Source: Flavobacteriales bacterium (GTDB lineage: Bacteria; Bacteroidota; Bacteroidia; Flavobacteriales; UBA7312). Taken from it: DNA of 64,000 nucleotides. The notes below the pieces were generated by a model that was not told the origin of the DNA, did no database searches, and was given only the letters and a program-made list of their open reading frames with translations. The stretch is taken from the NCBI GenBank assembly GCA_049890095.1, contig JBMHCD010000005.1, positions 92,174 through 156,173 on the forward strand, in the 5' to 3' direction. Of the stretch, positions 20,229 to 29,673 are shown in pieces. How positions within the stretch are numbered: the stretch's first letter is position 1; the number at the start of each line of letters is the position of its first letter. A program made the translations under genes and the position numbers.

Positions 20229-21690
20229 AACTATTCATGGTTACTAAAAATTCTTCGTTTGATTCTGTTCGAAGCATTCGATCTCTCATAAACTCTATAG
20301 ATTCTACTGGAGTCATATCTGCAAGATGATTTCTCAGTATCCAGATTTTTTGAGTTATATCATCTCCTAACAATAAGTCTTCTCTTCTTGTGCTAGATGA
20401 AGTAACATCAATGGCTGGATAAATTCTTCTATTGGATATTTTTCTATCTAGCTGTAGTTCCATATTTCCAGTACCTTTAAATTCTTCGAAAATTACTTCA
20501 TCCATTTTACTACCAGTTTCTGTCAGAGCAGTAGCAAGTATAGTTAAAGATCCTCCATTTTCGATTTTACGTGCTGCACCAAAGAATCGTTTAGGTTTTT
20601 GGAGTGCGTTAGCATCAACACCACCAGTTAAGATTTTACCAGATGCAGGTTGAACAGTATTATATGCTCTTGCTAATCTGGTAATAGAATCTAATAAGAT
20701 AACAACATCATGTCCACATTCTACTAATCGCTTTGATTTTTCTAAAACAATATTAGCGATTTTGACATGTCTTTCGGCTGGCTCATCGAAAGTGGATGCA
20801 ATAACTTCTGCATTTACACTTCTTGCCATGTCGGTTACTTCCTCAGGACGTTCGTCTATTAAAAGAATCATCAAATAAGCTTCTGGATGATTTGCTGCAA
20901 TAGCATTTGCAACTTCTTTTAGAAGTACAGTTTTACCAGTTTTTGGCTGGGCAACGATTAATCCCCTTTGCCCTTTTCCAATAGGGGCAAATAAGTCTAT
21001 CATTCTTGTAGAAAGAGAACTTTTACCATTATCTGTCAACTTAAATTTTTCATCTGGAAAAAGTGGAGTAAGATATTCAAACGGTACCCTATCTCTTACA
21101 ATATTAGGATCAACTCCATTTATTTTATGAACTTTAATAATTGGAAAGTATTTCTCACCTCTTTTAGGAGGTCTTACCGTTCCTTTTACAGTATCTCCAG
21201 TTTTTAAACCAAACAATCTTACTTGAGATTGTGAAACGTAAATGTCATCAGGTGAATTTAAATAATGATAATCTGATGATCTCAAAAAACCATAACCGTC
21301 GGGCATCATTTCTAATACACCTTCAGCAGTTACAATATCATCAAACTCATGATCATCGTATTTTTTGTTATTGTTTTTCCCAACGTTATGATTCTTCTTT
21401 TGTTCGTTGTGCTTTTTAAGCCCATTAGATTCGTGGTTTTTGTTATCTTTTTCAGATTTAACCTGATCATTTGTTGGGCTTTTTTTGTTGGAATTTTTAT
21501 TAATTCTTGGCCTTACTTTTTTTATAGGTTCTTTCTTTTTAAGAACAGATTCTTGAGTTGCTTGAACATCTAAAATTTCATAGACTAACTCCTGTTTTTT
21601 TAACTTTTGATATTTGGGTACTCCCAAATCTTTTGCAACTTCTCTTAATTCAGGAAGTAATTTTTTGTTTAATGTGTGTATATCAAACAT
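20227..21690 (-). CDS. rho: transcription termination factor Rho with K/N-rich N-terminal insertion
   Basis: RNA-binding [14 protein letters not shown] motif, Walker A PKTGKT and the C-terminal RecA-like core. 487 aa, about 70 aa longer than the E. coli-type protein because of an insert after the N-terminal helical bundle. Confidence 0.95.
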   Translation of the reverse strand: MFDIHTLNKKLLPELREVAKDLGVPKYQKLKKQELVYEILDVQATQESVLKKKEPIKKVRPRINKNSNKKSPTNDQVKSEKDNKNHESNGLKKHNEQKKNHNVGKNNNKKYDDHEFDDIVTAEGVLEMMPDGYGFLRSSDYHYLNSPDDIYVSQSQVRLFGLKTGDTVKGTVRPPKRGEKYFPIIKVHKINGVDPNIVRDRVPFEYLTPLFPDEKFKLTDNGKSSLSTRMIDLFAPIGKGQRGLIVAQPKTGKTVLLKEVANAIAANHPEAYLMILLIDERPEEVTDMARSVNAEVIASTFDEPAERHVKIANIVLEKSKRLVECGHDVVILLDSITRLARAYNTVQPASGKILTGGVDANALQKPKRFFGAARKIENGGSLTILATALTETGSKMDEVIFEEFKGTGNMELQLDRKISNRRIYPAIDVTSSSTRREDLLLGDDITQKIWILRNHLADMTPVESIEFMRDRMLRTESNEEFLVTMNS

Positions 21691-21849
21691 GTTGATAGTA
21701 TGTAATTAATTTGATTAATGTGAAAAATTATAAATAATTCAGAAAGATAATTGTTTAGAAGAGTTCTTAAATGAATGTTTAATAAGAAACTCCCTGCAAT
21801 ATTAGTAAAAATAACTTACCGTAGTAGCTTTTAATAAAAAATATTGAAT

Positions 21850-21857
21850 TAATTTTG
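21850..21857 (+). promoter_or_regulatory. candidate -7 box (TAATTTTG)
   Basis: Exact TAnnTTTG, 11 nt upstream of the ATG at 21869. Confidence 0.3.
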
Positions 21858-21868
21858 AAAAAAAAAAG

Positions 21869-22255
21869 ATGATTCAACGAGTTCAGACCATATATTTATT
21901 TTTTGCAGCACTAGCGATTTTTATTATTACTTATAATGTACCTGTTCTTTTTGGTAATGAGGATAAATTTTTTGTTACGGATTTTATTTTTGCCCACATT
22001 AGTGCTATTGCTACTATGTTGCTTTTAATTTTTTCGATTTTTCGATTTAAAAACAGACCCCAGCAACTTATCATAAATCAATTGTCCAAGTTATTGTTGT
22101 CCGCTACTTTTTTTATTGTTTTTTTAAGTAGAGTTGAAAATACACCAGATAAGGGCTTGATTTTATTTGTAATCCCATATATTTTAATTTTATTAGCAAA
22201 CAGGTTTATTAAAAAAGATGAAAAATTAGTCAATTCGGCTGATCGTATTCGCTAG
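21869..22255 (+). CDS. DUF4293-like small membrane protein
   Basis: 128 aa with four predicted TM helices. The MIQRVQTIYLFFA N-terminus is recalled from DUF4293. Confidence 0.55.
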   Translation: MIQRVQTIYLFFAALAIFIITYNVPVLFGNEDKFFVTDFIFAHISAIATMLLLIFSIFRFKNRPQQLIINQLSKLLLSATFFIVFLSRVENTPDKGLILFVIPYILILLANRFIKKDEKLVNSADRIR

Positions 22256-22746
22256 TTTTTGCTGAGTTCAATAATTTCTAAATTTTCAATTTTATTTTTA
22301 TTTACTTCAAACCTTAGTAAGGTAATTACTTGATGTATTCCATATTTTCCTGCTCCACCAGGATTCATGTGCAAAAGTTCTCTTTTTTTATCATACATAA
22401 CCTTTAAAATATGTGAATGCCCACAAATAAAAAGATCAAAACTTTCTTTATTTAGCGTTTCTCGAACACTTTTGGAATAGTTGGGAGGATATCCGCCAAT
22501 ATGAGTTATCCATACTTTCAACTCTTCACATTTAAATTTAAGATTTTCTGAAGTTGCTACTCTTAATAAATGATTGTCAATGTTACCAAAAACGGCTTTA
22601 GTAGGTTTAAAGTTTTCTAATTTCTCCAATACATCCATCGAGCCTATATCACCTGCATGCCAAATTTCATGACAATCTTTAAAAAAATCGAAAGTTTTTG
22701 GATGTAAAAAAGAATGAGTATCGGAAAGTAATCCTATTCGTTTCAT
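22252..22746 (-). CDS. YfcE/MJ0936-type metallophosphoesterase
   Basis: Motifs LSDTH, GDxxS, GNxD and GHSH. 164 aa. Confidence 0.8.
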   Translation of the reverse strand: MKRIGLLSDTHSFLHPKTFDFFKDCHEIWHAGDIGSMDVLEKLENFKPTKAVFGNIDNHLLRVATSENLKFKCEELKVWITHIGGYPPNYSKSVRETLNKESFDLFICGHSHILKVMYDKKRELLHMNPGGAGKYGIHQVITLLRFEVNKNKIENLEIIELSKN

Positions 22747-22755
22747 TTGAAAATG

Positions 22756-23487
22756 TTAAATATATCTTATGGTATTATCACTTATCCAACCTTTGTCGCC
22801 ATTAGGAAGAGCAACGTAAATCCAGTTTTCTGACTGATTTAGAATAATTATTTTGTTCCCGGAGCTTAAATCCAGTATTTTTTTTGCTTGTTTATTTGGT
22901 TCTATAAAAAGCTCAGTATTGTTAGTTACAATCGCAACTTTAGTGTTAAATTGATTCTTTTTTGTGTTGAATGAAGCATATAAAAAAAGACAAAGTAAAC
23001 CAGAAATAGTTAGTATTTTGAAGTTAAATTTACTTCTATAATTTATAAATCTGTAAGCGAAAAAAAAGCTAATCCAAATTGATAGTAAAAAAATAAATGA
23101 CCATAAGTTTAATGAGGCAATTTTTATTAATTTATTTGCCCAGTAAGAGATTTTTAATGTTGGTAATTGCTCTAGCTTATTAATTCTTTTTTCAGCAATC
23201 TCTAAATTATATATAGAAAAAGTGTGATAAGGATTAATTTTTATTGCTTTTTCATAATTTAAAATAGCAAGTGGGATATTTCCTTTTAAGTACCAACTAT
23301 TAGCTAAGTTATAATACAGTTCTTTGGATTCTAAACCTTGAGCAATTATAGAATCATAATATGAGATAGCAAGGTCATAATTTTCGTTATTATAACTTGA
23401 ATTTGCATTTTCAAATAGCTTATCAGCCGTTTGTGACAAAGCTGAGAAGCCAACTGTACAAAATAATATTAGAATATATTTTTTCAT
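22756..23487 (-). CDS. batE: BatE-like protein (TPR repeats, TM segments, C-terminal SH3-like domain)
   Basis: Last gene of the Bat cluster. Signal peptide, TPR-type (YYNLANSWY) repeats, and a C-terminal WxxVxLPNGxxGWI motif of bacterial SH3 type. Confidence 0.6.
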   Translation of the reverse strand: MKKYILILFCTVGFSALSQTADKLFENANSSYNNENYDLAISYYDSIIAQGLESKELYYNLANSWYLKGNIPLAILNYEKAIKINPYHTFSIYNLEIAEKRINKLEQLPTLKISYWANKLIKIASLNLWSFIFLLSIWISFFFAYRFINYRSKFNFKILTISGLLCLFLYASFNTKKNQFNTKVAIVTNNTELFIEPNKQAKKILDLSSGNKIIILNQSENWIYVALPNGDKGWISDNTIRYI

Positions 23488-25253
23488 TAACTCAATTGTT
23501 TTTCAATTTCAACAATAATTTTGGTAGCATTAGTATAAACGGTATTAATGTCTTTAGATTCTAAGGCAGATGGTGCAAATCGACAAAATTCACAATCTTC
23601 AATTATAGAAATAAAATTATCAAGCGCTTCTTTGTCAATATTATGTTTATCGAATATTGTGGTTATTGTTTCTTTGGATAAATCAGAAGTTTCTATGTTG
23701 AATTTTTGAGAAAAATATTGAAGAAGAGATTTTTCAATTTCTTCATAAAATGCAAGTTTTTCGTTGTTTTTTAGTAGATTTTCGGCATTTTTTAATCTTT
23801 TTTGGGCGATTTTCAGTGATTTTCGAAACTTTCTTTGTATCGGGTCATTATCTAAAATTTCGAAATATTTTTTTCTAGCAAAATAAGTTATAAGACTTAT
23901 AAATGGTAAAACACTTAAAATAATATACCACCATGTTTTGTAAATTGGTTTTTGATTAGCCTTATAAAAGCGTGTATTATTCTTTAATGGTTTAAGGCTG
24001 GTGTTTTCAGAAACATTTGAATTTGCATTATTAGAAACGTAAGTAGCATCGTTGTTTCCTTTATCAACTCTAATTTCATATGATTTTGTATTTATTGTTT
24101 TGTACCGATTACTTTTAGTATCAAAAAATGTAAATTCTTGAGTGGGAATAATATAATCGCCTTGATATCGTGGAATGATAAGATGATTAAAAAGTAATTT
24201 CCCTCTAATACCATTTTTTGCAATAAATGATTTGTCTTCTTTTTGAGGGTCAAAAACTTCAAAATCATCGCTAAAGTTGACTGGTATATTATCTATCAAA
24301 TTTAAATTTCCAGATCCAGATAATTCTAATTGATAGTTAATAGCTGTGTTTGTTTTTGCTCTTTGTTTATCAATTTTAGAATTAAGTTCGAAATTTCCTA
24401 CTGCTCCATTAAATGAAGGTGGAGGGTTAGGAGGTAAGTCTTTTACATTAATGGTAATTGATTTAGAATTAATTTCTTCTACTATAGTTTTATAATTATT
24501 AAACATCCCAAAAATATCTCTTCGATTATTTCCAGTTTTAAGCTGAACAGTTATTTCCAACTTCATTGGATCAATAATAAGTTCTCCACTTTTTTGAGGG
24601 GTAAGAATCGATTTACTTACTTCCCAAACGTTATACTTAACACCGTCTATGACTTTGATTTCGCCTCTAGAGTTTGTTTCAATTTCATCTTTCCAAAAGT
24701 TATTTAGTTCAGGAAATTGCGAAACAGAAATATCGGTTAAATTTATTTTTGAAAAAAGCTTGTAGTTAACTACAATTTGTTCACCTTGAAAAACATTAGT
24801 TTTATTTACAGAAACTTTTATTTCAACGTTTTCATTGATGTTGAAGCCACCTTTTTTATTTGGATCAGCTTTAGAAACGTTAAGAACAATAGGTTCTGAA
24901 TTTATTGTTTTACCTTCAATTTTTATAGATGCAGAACCTATAGTTAGCTTGCCTTCATTTAATGCAGTCATATAATAGGAGTAGGAGGTGGACTTTGAGC
25001 TGCTAACTTTATTGTTGATGATTTGCATGCTACTACTTGAAGACTTATTTGGTCCGCTTAATTTTCTTAAACCAAGAAATGATGGCGGTTTAAAATCTTT
25101 TGAATTTCCTCTTGCACTAAAAATAATTTGAAATTCTTCGCCAACGCTTATATTCTTTTTGGAAACGGTAGCGGTAAAGTCTTGACTAAATACAAGTTGA
25201 TGAGAGAATAAAAATAAAAATAATAGTTTTTTCATTTTACCAATCTTTTTCAA
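23487..25253 (-). CDS. batD: BatD-like oxygen-tolerance protein
   Basis: 588 aa. Signal peptide, a large beta-rich ectodomain, a single TM (WWYIILSVLPFISLITYF) and a cytoplasmic tail, positioned between batC and batE. An alternative start is Met7 (25235). Confidence 0.65.
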   Translation of the reverse strand: MKKIGKMKKLLFLFLFSHQLVFSQDFTATVSKKNISVGEEFQIIFSARGNSKDFKPPSFLGLRKLSGPNKSSSSSMQIINNKVSSSKSTSYSYYMTALNEGKLTIGSASIKIEGKTINSEPIVLNVSKADPNKKGGFNINENVEIKVSVNKTNVFQGEQIVVNYKLFSKINLTDISVSQFPELNNFWKDEIETNSRGEIKVIDGVKYNVWEVSKSILTPQKSGELIIDPMKLEITVQLKTGNNRRDIFGMFNNYKTIVEEINSKSITINVKDLPPNPPPSFNGAVGNFELNSKIDKQRAKTNTAINYQLELSGSGNLNLIDNIPVNFSDDFEVFDPQKEDKSFIAKNGIRGKLLFNHLIIPRYQGDYIIPTQEFTFFDTKSNRYKTINTKSYEIRVDKGNNDATYVSNNANSNVSENTSLKPLKNNTRFYKANQKPIYKTWWYIILSVLPFISLITYFARKKYFEILDNDPIQRKFRKSLKIAQKRLKNAENLLKNNEKLAFYEEIEKSLLQYFSQKFNIETSDLSKETITTIFDKHNIDKEALDNFISIIEDCEFCRFAPSALESKDINTVYTNATKIIVEIEKQLS

Positions 25254-25935
25254 TTTTAAGATTCACTACTTTCGCTTTCTTTTTTTGAAGGTTTTCTTGT
25301 AATTCTTTTTCTTGTTGTTCTAGTGCGTCTAACATTTGTTCCGCTTCTTTTTGGGTCATTTCGTCTGGATCTTGAGTTTTTTCAGGCTCTTTATTTTCTT
25401 GCGGATTTTTTTGGTCAGAGTTTTGTTCTTGCTCTTGCTCTTGCTCTTGTTCTTGTTCTTGCTCTTGTTCTTGTTCTTGTTCTTGCTCCTGTTCTTGTTC
25501 CTGCTCTTGTTGTTCTTTAAGCAATTTTTGTGCAAACGCTAGATTATATTTAGTATCTAAATCATTGGGATTATTTCTTAACGCTTGTTTGTATGCCTCA
25601 ACAGATTCTTCAATTTTTTGTTCTTTAAGTAATGAGTTTCCTAAATTATGAAAGGCTAATGATTTTTGAGATTTATCATTTGTTTTTTGTGCTGCGGTTT
25701 TAAAAAGTGGAGAGGATTGGTCAAATTTATTTTGTTTGTAAATAGCATCAGCTACATTAAAAATAGAAATAAAATCATCTTGGTTTTGTTGTTGAGCAAT
25801 TCGAAATTGTTCTTCTGCCTTAACATACAAACTATCATTATATAGTTTTATTCCTTCTCTTATATTTTTGCTTGATTGTGCAAATATAGAAGAACTTAAC
25901 ATTAAAAAAATAAAAAGAAATTTAATTTTCATCAT
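25237..25935 (-). CDS. batC: BatC-like TPR protein with internal (EQ)15 tract
   Basis: The start is set at MMKIKFLFIFLMLSSSIFAQ (signal peptide). TPR repeats are followed by an acidic low-complexity tail. Positioned after batB. Confidence 0.65.
   Translation of the reverse strand: MMKIKFLFIFLMLSSSIFAQSSKNIREGIKLYNDSLYVKAEEQFRIAQQQNQDDFISIFNVADAIYKQNKFDQSSPLFKTAAQKTNDKSQKSLAFHNLGNSLLKEQKIEESVEAYKQALRNNPNDLDTKYNLAFAQKLLKEQQEQEQEQEQEQEQEQEQEQEQEQEQEQEQNSDQKNPQENKEPEKTQDPDEMTQKEAEQMLDALEQQEKELQENLQKKKAKVVNLKIEKDW
25423..25512. repeat. 15 tandem hexamers (YTGYTC on the + strand; GARCAR on the coding strand) encoding (Glu-Gln)n inside batC
   Basis: Counted unit by unit from the sequence: 15 contiguous 6-nt units with only C/T alternation at two positions. 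Confidence 0.95.
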
Positions 25936-26965
25936 TAAAGAGTTGAATTTTATTACTCCATTTACTTCTTTTTTCAAGAATAAGGACACTCGAAATTAGT
26001 CCAAGTAATGCTATTGCAAGTAGCCATTGAAATTGATCTTTATAATCGGAAAAAACTTTACTATCAATTTTATTTTTTTCCATTTTGTTAATTTCATTAA
26101 ACAAAGCGTCTAGTCCACTTTTGGTCGAATTAGCTCTAATATAGGATCCATTTCCTGCATTTGCTATTTCTTTTAACATATCTTCATTAAGAGACGTTAT
26201 TACGGTATTACCTTCTTTATCTTTTTGATAACCTTTTGTTCTACCAGATCTAGTTTTAATTGGTATTGGTCCTCCTTTTTCAGAACCCATTCCGATTGTA
26301 TGTACAACAACGCCTTTCTTTTTTGCTTCTTTAGCTATTTCTTTTGCATCATCTTCATGATTTTCTCCATCAGTTATAACAATTATAGATTTACTTTGAC
26401 CATTTTCAAAATCAAAACTTTCAAGACAAAGATTAATTGCTTTACCAATTGCAGTACCTTGTGTTGGTACGATATCTGTATTTATGGTTGAAAGAAATAG
26501 TTTTGCAGCTGAATAATCAGTTGTGATAGGAAGTTGTACATAGGCTTCTCCAGCAAATACTACTAATCCTATGCGATCGCCTTCTAGTCTGTCAATAAGT
26601 TTTGAAATGGATTGTTTTGCTCTTTTAAGTCTGTTTGGCTGTAAATCTTCTGCTAACATACTATTTGAAAGATCTATGGCAATCATTAAATCGATTCCTT
26701 CTCTTTTTACTTCTTCTAGTTTAGAGCCAAATTGAGGATTTGCAAGTCCGAAAACTAATGCAATGAGAGAAACTATTAAAAGTACAAAGTTTAATTTTAT
26801 TCTAAAAATGGATGCCATTGGCATCATCTTCTCTACTAAAACTTTATTGCCAAACTGACGAATTGCTTTTTTTCTCCATCTTAAAAATAAAAAGAATAGG
26901 AGAATCAGTATTGGAATAACAACCAATAAATTCAAAAAAGTAATGTATTCGTATCTAATCATCAA
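25922..26965 (-). CDS. batB: BatB-like VWA-domain membrane protein
   Basis: N-terminal TMs and a VWA MIDAS motif (DLSNSM...). 347 aa. Overlaps batA by 4 nt. Confidence 0.8.
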   Translation of the reverse strand: MMIRYEYITFLNLLVVIPILILLFFLFLRWRKKAIRQFGNKVLVEKMMPMASIFRIKLNFVLLIVSLIALVFGLANPQFGSKLEEVKREGIDLMIAIDLSNSMLAEDLQPNRLKRAKQSISKLIDRLEGDRIGLVVFAGEAYVQLPITTDYSAAKLFLSTINTDIVPTQGTAIGKAINLCLESFDFENGQSKSIIVITDGENHEDDAKEIAKEAKKKGVVVHTIGMGSEKGGPIPIKTRSGRTKGYQKDKEGNTVITSLNEDMLKEIANAGNGSYIRANSTKSGLDALFNEINKMEKNKIDSKVFSDYKDQFQWLLAIALLGLISSVLILEKRSKWSNKIQLFNDEN

Positions 26966-27960
26966 GTTATACTTTTGAATAAGAAAAACCTAAAATAAAA
27001 TTCCAATAGTAATAGAGCAAGAGCTATATATATCAAAATTCTAAACTCTTCTTTTTTCTTACTGTATTCTTTTACATTAATTTTAGATCTTTCCAATTGA
27101 TCGATTTCTAAATAAATTTCTTCTAAAGCTTTGTTTGAAGTAGCTCTGAAATATTTACCGTTAGTTGTTGCGGCAATGTCTTGTAGAGTTTTTTCATCAA
27201 TTTTCACTTCAACATCTTGATAAACAGTATTTCCAAAGGGAGTCTTGAAAGGGTAGGGAGCAAACCCTTCTGTTCCTACGCCAATAGTGTAGACTCTAAT
27301 TCCAAATTTTTCTGCAATTTTTGCGGCAGTAAGAGGTGCAATAGACCCTTGATTGTTTACACCATCCGTAAGTAAAATTATTACTTTACTGATAGATTCG
27401 CTATCTTTTAGTCGGTTAGCTGCTGTTGCAAGACCCATTCCAATAGCTGTACCATCTTCGATCATTCCACTTTTTACATCTTTGAACAAATTTTGTAATA
27501 CTTGATGATCGGTAGTTAATGGGCATTGTGTAAAGCTTTCACCACTAAAAATAACAAGCCCCATTCGATCATTAGGTCTTTTAGAAATAAATTCTAGAGC
27601 TACTTTTTTAGAAGCTTCTAATCGATCAGGTTTTAGGTCTTGAGCAAGCATACTTCCTGAAATGTCCATTGAAATAACGATATCAATTCCTAATGTAGTA
27701 GAGTTTTGCCAAGACGATGTTGATTGAGGTCTTGCGATTGCAATGATAATGAAAGCAATAGCAAATGTTCTAAGAAAAAATAAAATAGTTTTATTGTACG
27801 ATTTCCAGCTGTAAAGTTTAAAGTTTTGAGTTGTAGAAATATTAAGTGTTGATAGTCTTTTTTTAGAATATAAAAAGTACCATATCCATAAAATTGGAAT
27901 GATTAATAGCAAGTAGAAATACTCTGGATTTGCAAATGTCCAATTATTGAAGTTCATCAT
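26962..27960 (-). CDS. batA: BatA-like VWA-domain membrane protein
   Basis: N-terminal TMs, VWA MIDAS motif DISGSM, and a C-terminal TM. 332 aa. Confidence 0.8.
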   Translation of the reverse strand: MMNFNNWTFANPEYFYLLLIIPILWIWYFLYSKKRLSTLNISTTQNFKLYSWKSYNKTILFFLRTFAIAFIIIAIARPQSTSSWQNSTTLGIDIVISMDISGSMLAQDLKPDRLEASKKVALEFISKRPNDRMGLVIFSGESFTQCPLTTDHQVLQNLFKDVKSGMIEDGTAIGMGLATAANRLKDSESISKVIILLTDGVNNQGSIAPLTAAKIAEKFGIRVYTIGVGTEGFAPYPFKTPFGNTVYQDVEVKIDEKTLQDIAATTNGKYFRATSNKALEEIYLEIDQLERSKINVKEYSKKKEEFRILIYIALALLLLEFYFRFFLFKSIT

Positions 27961-28807
27961 TTTTAGGTTTGGTATTTTTTACAAATTCAAATGCTATATC
28001 CATACATTCTTTGTTTTCTATTTCCAAAGGTTTTAGTTTAGCAAATTTTGCCAAATCTGAAATTTTGAAAAATTCACTTAGCTTATTAGTTTCAATTTTT
28101 CTTTGTTTAAGCTCATTTAAAATTTCATTAGTTGTAAGTTCCATTGCCTGAAAGCCAATACCATCTTCGATGTATCTTCTAACAATTTCTGATAATTTAA
28201 TATGATAATCTTTAACTAACTCTTTTTTCAGAAGGTTTTCGTCTTTCAGTTTTTGGAGTTCATTTAGTGCTATTTGATAAGGAAGTAATATTTCTTTTTG
28301 TACAACTTTGGTAATTGGTTTTTCTGCTTTATTTTTAAGTAAATATCGAATTAAAAATAGTAATAGAATAAGAATTAGAAATGCTATCAGATATGGAAGT
28401 ATTTCCAAAAATGTTATGGATAGATTAATTGGCTCTTTTATATCTTTAAAATCTTCATTAATATTTGTTTGTATGGTATTACAATATACTTCGATACTAT
28501 CGGATGTGAAAGATTCCATCTTCAATGCCGGAATATAAAATGTTCCACTATCCCATATGCTAAGAACATACTTCTGTTGTAATATCCACAACGAATCATT
28601 TTGAATAGTGTCGATAATTGATTTATCGATAATTTCAAATTTCCCAACAGTATCTGAAAATTCGTTAAAGCTTGAAGGGTTTTTTAATGTTGCACTTATG
28701 GTAAAGTTAATCTGATCACCTATCAAAACATTGGTACTATCGACTTTTGTTGATATTTGAGAAAACACCACAAAGTGAGTAAGCATGAAAAAATAAACTA
28801 ACCTCAT
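27944..28807 (-). CDS. hypothetical membrane protein of the Bat cluster (the unnamed third ORF of the operon)
   Basis: 287 aa with a signal peptide and one central TM (ILPYLIAFLILILLLFLI). Positioned between the DUF58 gene and batA. Confidence 0.5.
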   Translation of the reverse strand: MRLVYFFMLTHFVVFSQISTKVDSTNVLIGDQINFTISATLKNPSSFNEFSDTVGKFEIIDKSIIDTIQNDSLWILQQKYVLSIWDSGTFYIPALKMESFTSDSIEVYCNTIQTNINEDFKDIKEPINLSITFLEILPYLIAFLILILLLFLIRYLLKNKAEKPITKVVQKEILLPYQIALNELQKLKDENLLKKELVKDYHIKLSEIVRRYIEDGIGFQAMELTTNEILNELKQRKIETNKLSEFFKISDLAKFAKLKPLEIENKECMDIAFEFVKNTKPKNDELQ

Positions 28808-29673
28808 TATGTTCTTTTGTTGAAAAAGTTAATTAATGGTTTAATATAATCTTTATCAGTAGAAATTTCGATAATATCAACTCCACAAGATTTAAATATT
28901 TGTTTTGTTTTATTGTTGTTGTAAGCGTAATTTTTTTTAAAATCATTTCTTACTTCTTCATTTGAAGTATCTACCCATTTTGAGGAGTTAGTTTCAGAAT
29001 CTTTAAATTGAATTAATCCAACATTTGGTAATTCTTTCTCTCTAGGGTCTTCAATTTTTACGCTTATTACGTCGTGTTTTTTATTAGCAATTCTTAGAGG
29101 AAGCTCAAAATTTCCATCTAAAAAATCAGAAATTAAAAAACAAATACTTCTTTTTTTAGTAACATTATTAAAGAATCTTAGTGCCTCACCTATATTAGTA
29201 CCTTGACTTGTAGGTTCAAAAGAAATAAGTTCTCTAATGATTCTCAAAATATGCGATTTACCTTTTTTAGGTGGTATAAATTTTTCAATTTTATCGCTAA
29301 AGAATAGGACCCCAATTTTATCGTTGTTTTGAATGGCAGAAAATGCAATAACGGCAGATAACTCAACGATTAACTCTTTTTTTATTTTGTGTTGAGTTCC
29401 AAAATTTTCTGATCCGCTGATATCCACAACTAGCATAACAGTCATTTCTCTTTCCTCTTCAAAAACTTTTACATAAGGATTGTTAAATCTTGCTGTTACA
29501 TTCCAGTCTATAGTTCGGATGTCGTCTCCAGGTTGATATTCTCTTACCTCACTAAAAGTCATACCTTTGCCTTTAAATGCAGTATGATATTCTCCTGCAA
29601 AAATATGATTGGAAAGCCCTTTGGTTTTGAGCTCGATTTTTCGTACTTTTTTTAGTAATTCACTAGCACTCAT
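28807..29673 (-). CDS. DUF58-domain protein (MoxR-associated, VWA-like)
   Basis: The motifs GEYxSxFKGxGMxFxEVRxYQPGDDIRxIDW are typical of DUF58. It lies immediately downstream of moxR. Confidence 0.8.
   Translation of the reverse strand: MSASELLKKVRKIELKTKGLSNHIFAGEYHTAFKGKGMTFSEVREYQPGDDIRTIDWNVTARFNNPYVKVFEEEREMTVMLVVDISGSENFGTQHKIKKELIVELSAVIAFSAIQNNDKIGVLFFSDKIEKFIPPKKGKSHILRIIRELISFEPTSQGTNIGEALRFFNNVTKKRSICFLISDFLDGNFELPLRIANKKHDVISVKIEDPREKELPNVGLIQFKDSETNSSKWVDTSNEEVRNDFKKNYAYNNNKTKQIFKSCGVDIIEISTDKDYIKPLINFFNKRT

Noticed and set aside
25423-25512. A short tandem repeat array as a possible CRISPR or minisatellite outside genes.
   Set aside because: The units are 6 nt with no spacers and lie in frame within batC. 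It is a coding low-complexity repeat.
25323-25542. Two Leu-rich plus-strand ORFs (65 and 68 aa) antisense to batC.
   Set aside because: They are artefacts of reading the (EQ)n hexamer array on the opposite strand (CTC/TTG/CTT runs). They lie entirely inside a well-supported gene.
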